Of a stretch of 64,000 bases of DNA, positions 15,808-23,102 are shown in pieces (within the stretch, counting starts at the first letter, position 1; each line of letters opens with the position of its first letter). The stretch covers positions 762 through 64,761 of the forward strand of contig JAHBWH010000022.1 of NCBI GenBank assembly GCA_019637115.1, in the 5' to 3' direction. The notes under the pieces are model-generated. The model was given only the letters and a program-made list of their open reading frames with translations, was not told the DNA's origin and did not search any database. The translations under genes and the position numbers were made by a program. The stretch comes from Myxococcales bacterium. GTDB lineage: Bacteria; Myxococcota_A; Polyangia; Polyangiales; Houyiibacteriaceae.

Positions 15808-18589
15808 ATGCCTTGATAGATTCGATTCCTCCGGGCGCGCCACCTGCCGCACCTGCCAGAACAAGATCGCGAAGGGCGAACTGCGCTTCGGCGAGTCCGT
15901 CCCTAGCCAGTTCGCGCCGTCCGGATATGCGACCGAGTGGCATCACCTCGGCTGCGCAGCTCGGTCGAAAGCCGAGCTCGTCCGGCCGCTCGTCGAGTCC
16001 TACGAGGGCGAGATCCCCGACCGGGGCTCGCTCTTCGACGGCGCCGCCGCTGCTGGCCCGAAGGGTGTCCCCGGCGCGCTCCCGACGGCCGACGTCGCGC
16101 CCACCGGACGCGCGAAGTGCCTCGTGTGCGGCGAGCCCATCCCGAAGGGGAGCGTCCGTGTCGCGGTGGAGCGCGAGATCGACACCGGGCACTTCACGAC
16201 GACCGGCGCCGGGTACCTGCACCCGGCCTGCGTCGCGGGTCGGGCCGAGTCGTCGGGCACGCCTCTCGACGAGCTGCTGGCGCAGATCACCCACCACACG
16301 GCGCTCGACGCGCTGCCGCCGCCGCTCGGCGAGGGCCCGGAGATGCCCGAGGCGACGTCGGAGGGCGGCAAGGCCACGAAGGGCGCGAGCGCGAGAGCCG
16401 CGAAGGGCGCGCGACAGGAGACGAGGCCGCGAGCAAGGTTACCAGCTCGAAGGCCGCCGGCTCGAAGGTTGAGCTCCCCCCGTTCGCCGGCCTCGATGGC
16501 GCTGGCCTCGATGGCGCCGGCCTCGATGGCAAGGCGCTGGCGGCGCTCGCGCCGCGAAGCTCGAGAAAGCCTTCGACCCCAACGGCTTCAAGCACGACGA
16601 GCTGCTCGAGAAGGCGAAGATCGACTGGCAGGCTCGCCCTCGTCCGGGGCCGCTCGGGGCAGCCTTTGACGGGCGCCGAGCGCGCGGACGTGCTCGACGA
16701 CTCGCGCGGACGGAGCTCGACGACCACGGGATCCGCTGCACGCGCGTGTGGGTCGTCAAGGACGGCGCGGCCGAGGAGGACTACGAGAACCGCAGCGCGG
16801 CCGATCTTCAGCGGCTCGTCGCGTGCTTTGGCGACGAGGACAATTGGGGCGCAGCCATCGCGAGGCACGTGACCAAGACGGAGTGGCAGACCCTCGAACA
16901 GGCGCTCCCCGGCCTCGTTCGCATGCCGCTCGACGCCACTATGACCCAGGAGATGCTCCGCGCGCGCCGCAACCCGACCTCCGAGCCGGCCGCGCTCTTC
17001 GCGTTGCTCGATCGACGCGAGGACGCCGACGACGCGCTCGTCGAGGCCGCGCGCGCCCTCGAGCCGGACGAGCTCGACGCAAGGCGCTTCCGCGAAGCTC
17101 TCCTCGTCTACGTCCTGGCGCGGAAGGCGGACCGCGGGGAGACGCTCCCCGAGCCCATCGTCGACCAGCTCACGCTCGAGGTGTGCTCATCGAGCGTGCT
17201 CCTGGACACACGGCTCCCACCGCGAGCGCGTGCTCGCGCCCTACCGCGAGCGCATCCGCGCCATCCTCACGGCGCTCGGCCCGGCGCGCGCCCACGCGCT
17301 CGCGCGCCGCGTCGCCGAGAAGCCCAACGACCTCATGCGCGCGATGCCAGCGCTCGCGGTCCACTTCGACGAGGCACTCTTGGCGGAGCTGCTCGAGCGC
17401 GACGTGAACGGCGGTCTCGCGGCGCCGGCGCTCGCTGCCGTCGGCGCGCAGGCGCTCCCTCGGCTCGCGCAGGCGTGGTCGTCCGCCGTCGAGCCGAAGG
17501 TGAAGAGCTCGCGCGGCGCCGCCATCGTGCGGGTGATCGCCGACGGCTCGGGGCCCCTCGCGCTCGAAGATCGACAGGCCGTCCAGCGCCTCGGGGTCGA
17601 TCTGCTCGACCTGCGCGACGGCGAGAGCTACTGGCCCGCGGACCAAACGACCGCCGCGGGCGCCGTGCTGCGACGCCTCGAGGACGAGCCCCGCGCGCGC
17701 CTCCTGCTCGAGGCGCTGCGCGCGGCCAAGCGCCCCGAGCGCGCGTATCGCTTCGTCGGATCGCTGGCCGCGCCCGGCCGGCTCGATGCGACGAAGGTGA
17801 TGCTCGAGCGCGCGAGCACGCTCACGAACGACGACCACTTCGACGCCGGGGTCAGCTCGCCCGGCGAGGACGCGCCGGAGGTCTTCGCGAGGGCCCTGCC
17901 CGAAGGCGGGTCCGCGATGCTCCTGCGGCGCCTCGAAAAAGCGCTCGGACACCACGGCTTCCCGCGCTTCTTGGCGTCGCGCGGCGAGACCAAGAAGACG
18001 TGGCTCGAGGCGCTGCGCGCGATCGCGGCAGAGGCACTGGGCGCGCGCGAGCGCATCTACTTGTTAGAGCCCGAGTGGCGTACAGCCGGCTCGGTGGCGC
18101 AGGGCCCGTCGGGATCGAGGTGCCGAGGCGGTCCGACGGCGATCGTTTCAGCCACGTGCTCACGCTCGATCTCGAGGAGGCGCCCGAGCTCCGCGCGCGC
18201 CTCCCGGAGCCCGCGGCGAGCGCGCGCGCGATCACGCTCTACGTGCCGGATCCACGTGGCGGCGAGGACTACGAGCTGGGCGTGCGCCGACCAGTCACCG
18301 TCGAGACTCCGCCCCTTCTGACGGCGAGCTGCTGCACGTGCTCCCGCTCGACGTCCCCTCGGCGATCTTCGATCAAAGCGCGGCGCGGAAGGACGCCAGC
18401 CTCGGGGAGCTGCGCAAGGCCTTGCTCAACCGGCCTGGATGGGCGCTCGGCGACCCGATGTGGATTCAGGGCGAAGAGGGATGGGGCACGTTCGTGATGC
18501 AGCTCGCGGCGGAGGCGCTCGGCCTGAACCTCGGCGACATGGGGAGCCTCTACGTCTTCGGGGAGGGTGCGCTGATCCAGTGCCATTGA
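15808..18589 (+). pseudogene. Degraded locus: two PARP-type zinc fingers at the 5' end, a helical-repeat middle and a DUF1963/YwqG-like 3' end, spread over all three plus frames (at least 5 frame changes)
   Basis: ATG 15808 is followed by CCT TGA, but the +1 frame reads LDRFDSSGRATCRTCQNKIAKGELRFGE...WHHLGC and a second finger GRAKCLVCGEPIPKGSVRV...YLHPAC. Later segments are KLEKAFDPNGFKHDELLEKAKIDW...VWVVKDGAAEEDYENRSAADLQRLV...(frame of ORF 16746), LAPYRERIRAILTALGPARAHALARRVAEKPNDL...(frame of ORF 17230), YSRLGGAGPVGIEVPRRSDGDRFSHVLTLDLEEAPEL (frame of 16746 again) and SDGELLHVLPLDVP...GDPMWIQGEEGWGTFVMQLAAEALGLNLGDMGSLYVFGEGALIQCH* (frame of ORF 18338). Confidence 0.6.
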
Positions 18590-18719
18590 GCAGTGCCATT
18601 TGCGCAGTGCCATCGAGCGGCGCGGCGCCTCCGACGAGCGCGTCCGACACCGCACGTCAGCGCCCGGCGGTGCGTTCGAGGAGCTCTCGGGCCGCTCGCG
18701 GCTCGGCGTGGTGGCGGGC

Positions 18720-18995
18720 TCAGGGCGCCGGTCGGGGGCCGCGCAGGCGCTTCACGAAGACCTCGTCGACGGGGATGCCCTCCTTCAGATATTGCTCGAC
18801 GTAGCCGCACGCGTTGCAGACGTAGGCCTCGAGCTCGCCAGTCGCGTACGCGCGGACACCGATGCCGCCGAGCACGTCCTCCTTCGAGTAGACGAGCGAT
18901 TGCGGAGCGACCGAGGTGTGATTCCGATCGGCGATCTGCGGGACGTGCAGGATGTCGGTGCACGCACACTTCGGGCAGGTCAGCGTCCGCTTCAT
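18720..18995 (-). CDS. Small zinc-ribbon protein (91 aa)
   Basis: MKRTLTCPKCACTD...YVCNACGYVEQYL has two CxxC pairs. Third codon positions are GC-biased. Confidence 0.55.
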   Translation of the reverse strand: MKRTLTCPKCACTDILHVPQIADRNHTSVAPQSLVYSKEDVLGGIGVRAYATGELEAYVCNACGYVEQYLKEGIPVDEVFVKRLRGPRPAP

Positions 18996-19013
18996 GGCCG
19001 GAATTGGTGCCGT

Positions 19014-19110
19014 GGACGTGGGTCCACGTCAACGCCGGTGAGCCGTCGGGCTCAACGCGCGAACCGCCGGGCGCAGGTCGCGTCGTTTTCCCTCGTGACG
19101 AACGCGGCGA
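19014..19110. repeat. Copy B of the 97-nt dispersed repeat; palindrome GACGTGGGTCCACGTC at 19015-19030
   Basis: See copy A. Here the palindrome lies 20 nt upstream of the ATG (18993-18995) of the zinc-ribbon gene, and the repeat supplies the last ~19 codons of ORF 19052-19300. Confidence 0.85.
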
Positions 19111-19300
19111 CCGCGGGCACCCACCGCGCGTCGCAGCATTCCATCGGGCTCTGGCTTCGGTAGGCGATCAACCAGCACGTATGCGTCGCGCGGTCGACGA
19201 GGTACCGCGCGAAGAAACCCCCGCCGCGGATCTCGACGTTCCCTGCTTCGATGGTGACGATCGGGTTGTCGCGCCCCTCACGCACGGTCCCTGGGGTCAT
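19052..19300 (-). CDS. Hypothetical small protein (82 aa; alternative start at 19321)
   Basis: MTPGTVREGRDNPIVTIEAGNVEIRGGGFFARYLVDRATHTCWLIAYRSQSPMECCDARWVPAVAAFVTRENDATCARRFAR. The C-terminal 19 codons lie in the dispersed repeat. Confidence 0.45.
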   Translation of the reverse strand: MTPGTVREGRDNPIVTIEAGNVEIRGGGFFARYLVDRATHTCWLIAYRSQSPMECCDARWVPAVAAFVTRENDATCARRFAR

Positions 19301-19335
19301 CGTGCAGCGCAGACAGCTCATCGAGTGACGATGCC

Positions 19336-19977
19336 ATGACCGAGCTCCAAACCGAACCACACGTCCAGCAGAGCCCCCGATGGCCGAGCAGCGGTCGCCA
19401 CATCCTCGCCCAATGGGACGACGCGTCCGTCGTCGTGTACCAGGCGTACCGTCCGTCGATCGGGCACTACGCGGCCGCTCACGGCCATTTCGGTGGCCCG
19501 GACTTCTCGTTCGATCGCATGAGCTGGATCAAGCCGGGCTTCCTCTGGATGATGTACCGGTCAGGGTGGGCGCGAAAACCCGGGCAAGAGGTCGTCCTCG
19601 CGATCCGACTGCGACGCGAGGTCTTCGACGGATACCTCTCGCGGGCGGTGCCGTCGTCGTATTGGCCCGAACAGTGGCCGAGCCGCGAGGCGTGGCGAGA
19701 CGCCGTCCGGAGCTCGGACGTACGTCTTCAGTGGGACCCCGACCACGCGCCAGACGGTACGCCGGTCGCCCGTCGCGCCATCCAGCTCGGCCTGCGGGCC
19801 GACGCCCTTCGCGGCTTCGACGGATCCGCGCTGCTCGGTGTCGAAGATGTCACGGCACTCGTCCACGAGCAGCGTGAGCAGGTGGGCACGGCGGCCCTCG
19901 TGACGCCCGCAGAGCGCGTCTACCCCATCGACGATCCCATGACGCGCGCGCGCCTCCGGCTCAACGCGGCGGAGTGA
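19336..19977 (+). CDS. DUF4291-family protein
   Basis: ILAQWDDASVVVYQAYRPSIGHYAAAHGHFGGPDFSFDRMSWIKPGFLWMMYRSGWARKPGQEVVLAIRLRREVFDGYL matches my recollection of the DUF4291 core (VYQAY...RM(T/S)WIKP(S/G)FLWMMYRSGW). Confidence 0.75.
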   Translation: MTELQTEPHVQQSPRWPSSGRHILAQWDDASVVVYQAYRPSIGHYAAAHGHFGGPDFSFDRMSWIKPGFLWMMYRSGWARKPGQEVVLAIRLRREVFDGYLSRAVPSSYWPEQWPSREAWRDAVRSSDVRLQWDPDHAPDGTPVARRAIQLGLRADALRGFDGSALLGVEDVTALVHEQREQVGTAALVTPAERVYPIDDPMTRARLRLNAAE

Positions 19978-19997
19978 GGTCCGACGCGCCGGGTCGT

Positions 19998-20432
19998 TTA
20001 GGGGCAGTCGCGAGGCGTGACGATCATGCCGTCGGGTGGCGCGCCAGCAAAGGTCGGCCGCAGCACCCACTGATCGGTGCCGGGGACGAGGTGGCAGGTC
20101 GCGCACGTAGGCTCGGTCAGACCGAAGCACTCGGCCTGCTCGGGGGTGAGCGGCACCCACTCGTCCAGGATGACGGGCCCCGGCCCCGGTACGTCGTCGA
20201 ACCGTCCAGCATCAAGCCGTCCGGCGTCGAACCGTCCGGCGTCACGTGCGGGACCACCGGCGTCGCGGAGCGCCCCAGCGTCATCGGGAGCGGCGTCGCG
20301 CATGGGCGCGATGGCTCCTCCATCCGTTGATTCCGCGGTCTCGCTGCTGGTGTAGCACCCCAACAAGACCAACCCTACGAGCAGCCCTCGACCCATGACG
20401 AGGGGTACCGCGAGGGTGGTCGTTCGGCTCAT
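19998..20432 (-). CDS. Lipoprotein, hypothetical (144 aa)
   Basis: MSRTTTLAVPLVMGRGLLVGLVLLGC lipobox. It has an internal 15-nt tandem repeat encoding DAGRFDAGRLDAGRFD, and a C-terminal Cys motif CFGLTEPTCATCH. Confidence 0.6.
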   Translation of the reverse strand: MSRTTTLAVPLVMGRGLLVGLVLLGCYTSSETAESTDGGAIAPMRDAAPDDAGALRDAGGPARDAGRFDAGRLDAGRFDDVPGPGPVILDEWVPLTPEQAECFGLTEPTCATCHLVPGTDQWVLRPTFAGAPPDGMIVTPRDCP

Positions 20433-20496
20433 CCGCGACGGTCGAGGCCGCGACGTTGGAGACTCCGGAGGTCGCGACGGCGCTTCCAGGAGCTCT

Positions 20497-21596
20497 TCAC
20501 CAATACGCCTCGCCGACGACTGCCTCGTCCCACACGACACGGGAAGCTCGCTCCGACGACGATGCTGCTGACGAGCGCGCGTTCGACCCGCGCTGAGCAG
20601 GCGAACTATCCGGCGGGCTGAGCTGGGCGAGGGTGTCGTCGAGGAGAGGGCGGTCTTCGTCGCGGAGCGCTGCTGCAAGATAGCGCAGGATCGTGGAGAC
20701 GGCGTCAGCACCGCTGCGCGTGCGGAGGAGCCAGTGCCCCCAACCCGAAGTTCGTTCCGGGTTGCCACGGCCCTCAACGCGGATCTCGCTCGCCGACCTC
20801 CTCGAATAGGCTTTGGCCTGTCCTTCGTCGGCGCGGCAAACGACCTCCACGCCGATCATCCACGGCAACCCGGAACGAACTTCGGGTTGGGGGCACCGTC
20901 AAAGAGATGCGCGACGTGGCGGACCGTGCTCGGGGCGTCGCGGCGGGCGACGCTGCGCAGGGCCCAGAGCGCCAGCGTCCCCGCGGCGGGCAGGCCGCGC
21001 GCGACCAGCGCCGCGGGGGAGAGCGCCGTGAGGTCGTCGAGCAGGTAGCTCGTGCGCGGCGCGCAGCGCGTGAGCGGGCCGAGCGCGTCGAGCGGGCCGT
21101 AGAGCGCGTCGAGATCGAGCGGCGCGTTCCAGGGCCGCTCACCGCAATACACGACGACGGGGATGACGATCGGCAGAGGGCCGGCGTGCTTGCGGCGCGC
21201 GAGCCAGCGCTCGCTCGCGCGCATCTGGTAGCCGAGCACGCGCCACGCCATGTGCGGATGCGGCGTGCTCTGGTGCTCGATGAGGAGCTGGACGAGCGCC
21301 AGTGCGCCGTCGACCTCGATGGAGAAGAGCAGGTCGCTCGCGCTCTGCCGCAACGAAGGGTCGACGAACGCGCCCGACAGGAGCGTCAGCGTCGACCAGT
21401 CGGCGTTGTGCACGAAGGTCGACGGGAGGATGGCGCGCAGGAGGCTGCCGGCGTGGTCGGAGTCGGCGAAGATGCGGCGGAAGAGCCCGTCGTGGGGGTT
21501 GTGCGGGTCGACCGGCGGCTCGGTCGGCACGTCGGCTTCGGGACGCAGCGCGGGGGCGGGAGAGGCGGGCTCGGGCGGCTCGTCGTCGGGCGTCAT
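20497..21596 (-). pseudogene. Rpn-family recombination-promoting nuclease/putative transposase (PD-(D/E)xK, YhgA-like), interrupted by a 163-bp inverted-repeat element
   Basis: ORF 20856-21596: HDGLFRRIFADSDHAGSLLRAILP...SDLLFSIEVDGALALVQLLIEHQSTPHPHMAWRVLGYQM... is the Rpn/Transposase_31 pattern. Its reading frame runs into the right inverted repeat and stops (..HLFDGAPNPKFVPGCRG*). A protein-like continuation (LLRTRSGADAVSTILRYLAAALRDEDRPLLDDTLAQL...) resumes right after the left inverted repeat, in ORF 20497-20868. Confidence 0.65.
20734..20896. mobile_element. MITE-like element with 33-bp perfect terminal inverted repeats (GTGCCCCCAACCCGAAGTTCGTTCCGGGTTGCC / GGCAACCCGGAACGAACTTCGGGTTGGGGGCAC) flanking 97 bp
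   Basis: Inverted repeats at 20734-20766 and 20864-20896 were verified base by base as exact reverse complements. The element lies inside the Rpn-family coding region. I could not identify a clear target-site duplication. Confidence 0.6.
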
Positions 21597-21744
21597 CGGA
21601 CCTCCGGGTGGAGCCGCCTTCTCGACTCGAGCGGTGGTCAGTTGCGTAGGGTCCAGGGGTTGGAGTGCCCGCCCGCCGGACTACTTCTCGCTTCGTGCGA
21701 GGGACAAGGCCCTTCTCGTCGCGTTCGAGGTTCCTCGCTTCGTT

Positions 21745-22020
21745 TCAGAGCCCGAACGGGAACGCGTGGAGCTTGCCCTCCGCCCACGCCAGCGGCGCGA
21801 ACATGAAATCGATTGGCGTGGTCCCCGCACACCCCCAGTAGGACTCCGGCGAGCGCACCAGATCGCAGCCGGTGCACGCGCCACGGTAGTGCACCAGCCG
21901 ATGCGTGGCGCGAGCCCACATGTACGCGCCGCAGTACGAGAGCGCGATGATGAGGCCGAGGGCGATCGCCGCGCGAGCTGCGGCGCCGGAGTCCTTGGCG
22001 GCGGCCGCATGTCCGAGCAT
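21745..22020 (-). CDS. Small membrane protein, hypothetical (91 aa)
   Basis: MLGHAAAAKDSGAAARAAIALGLIIALSYCGAYMW... with ATG at 22018-22020, within ORF 21745-22269. Confidence 0.4.
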   Translation of the reverse strand: MLGHAAAAKDSGAAARAAIALGLIIALSYCGAYMWARATHRLVHYRGACTGCDLVRSPESYWGCAGTTPIDFMFAPLAWAEGKLHAFPFGL

Positions 22021-22283
22021 GGCGACATCGTCCGCTCCCCGAGGGGCGGATCCATGGCGGAGCCGAGGAGAATCGATGACACCGCCGGGCTGGGCCGCCT
22101 TCGCGCGGGGCTGCCACGACGCTCGTGGGCGGGCACCGAGAGCAGGCGAGCCGCGCGGACGATGCACGCGATGCGTGTCGTGGTTTTGACGCTCCAACGG
22201 ATTCCTACACTCGGCCCGTCGCGACCCGCGACCTCGTCTTCCCGACGGCTCTTCTTGTACCGCGCACACGCGCCGGAGACTCC

Positions 22284-22463
22284 ATGGCCAAGCAGCTCAG
22301 CGATTTCGTCCTCGACAAGCGCATCCTCGAGCGAAACCTGAAGAAGGGCCTTCTGACCAAGAAGGACTTCGAGTCCCACGTCTGTGGGCTCCCGGACCGC
22401 GCCGAGCAGGCCGCCTCTGTCCGGGTCGGCCCAGTGGCCGAGGAGGGGGATGCGAATGAGTGA
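22284..22463 (+). CDS. Small basic protein, hypothetical (59 aa)
   Basis: MAKQLSDFVLDKRILERNLKKGLLTKKDFESHVCGLPDRAEQ..., with ATG at 22284 inside ORF 22125-22463. Confidence 0.5.
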   Translation: MAKQLSDFVLDKRILERNLKKGLLTKKDFESHVCGLPDRAEQAASVRVGPVAEEGDANE

Positions 22464-22750
22464 CACGCTCGACGAGGCGGCGCGCCGCCTCGTCGAGCGG
22501 AAGCCGACGAAGCGGAGGGCCGGCAGCCCCAGCCGTCGCCCCCGATTGACTTCGCGACCTTCGCGCTCAGCCTCCGGAGCACCGCGCTCGTTCACCTCGG
22601 CGCGGCCCCGCCCGAGTTCTTCGAGGGGGCGCACCTCCCCCCGTGAGCCTCGAGCTCGCCAAGCAGACGATCGACTTGCTCGCGATGCTGCAGGAGAAGA
22701 CCCACTTCGGCCCGGTACGAGGGACCAACTACAGCCGCGACGATTCGCCG
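22456..22750 (+). pseudogene. DUF1844-family gene relic: at least 2 frameshifts and loss of the 3' end
   Basis: The start MSDTLDEAARRLVERK is in frame 1. The conserved PPIDFATFALSLRSTALVHLGAAP is in frame 2 and ends at TGA 22644-22646 just after a C6 run. The conserved VSLELAKQTIDLLAMLQEKT is in frame 3. After QEKTHF (22708) the sequence stops resembling DUF1844 and runs into a transposase-gene fragment. Confidence 0.55.
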
Positions 22751-22860
22751 GCGTTCCTCGCGCCGCGAGCTCCGGGCGTCGGCGAGAGCTGGCTCTGCTC
22801 GTTGGCAAGGGCGCAACAGAAGACGGGCCTCGCTATCCACGAGGCCGCGCTCGTGTCGCG
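22751..22860 (+). pseudogene. Truncated duplicate of the 5' end of the downstream HUH-transposase-like gene
   Basis: 22751-22860 aligns by eye with 23139-23246 at roughly 80-85% identity (AFLAPRAPGVGESWLCSLARAQQKTGLAIHEAALVS versus AFLAPWDPAVGESWLYSLAWAQQRTGLAIHQTALVA). The copy ends just before the HHH motif. Confidence 0.7.
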
Positions 22861-22954
22861 CCTCCTCGCCCCAGCACCCAATACCCCTACGCCCTCAGTC
22901 GACGTTCATGCCGAAGTGGTACCCCCTCAAGCGGGTGTGGTCGCGCTCCCCCAT

Positions 22955-22994
22955 CTGGCGGCCGCCAGGGATTGGCGGCGGATCCGCCGCCAAT
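22955..22994. repeat. Two adjacent perfect palindromes, CTGGCGGCCGCCAG (14 nt) and ATTGGCGGCGGATCCGCCGCCAAT (24 nt); the second is flanked by direct CCGCCAGGG repeats
   Basis: Read directly. It lies about 110 nt upstream of ATG 23103 of the HUH gene. Confidence 0.85.
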
Positions 22995-23102
22995 CCGCCA
23001 GGGGCATCGCGTCCAAGTGGTCGAGATCATTTGAGCGCGATCCCTGGAACGGAACTTGATTCGTCCGAGGGCGTGCAGCCCCGGCTCGTCACCCCCGGCG
23101 CG

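Noticed and set aside
15504-15809. 101-aa minus-strand ORF in the spacer between the PAP2 gene and the zinc-finger locus
   Set aside because: It has poor third-position GC bias, no motifs and no sensible start context. The region more likely holds divergent promoters; it contains the lowest-GC stretch, 15500-15560.
20734-20896. The 33-bp inverted repeat as an ordinary rho-independent terminator of the Rpn gene
   Set aside because: The stem is far longer than a terminator stem, the loop is 97 nt, and there is no U-tract. Coding-like sequence of the same protein family continues on the far side.
690-22750. Programmed ribosomal frameshifting as the explanation for the split genes
   Set aside because: There is no slippery heptamer plus downstream structure at the junctions. 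The shifts sit at plain G/C runs, go in different directions, and occur several times within single loci. These are features of mutation or sequencing error, not recoding.
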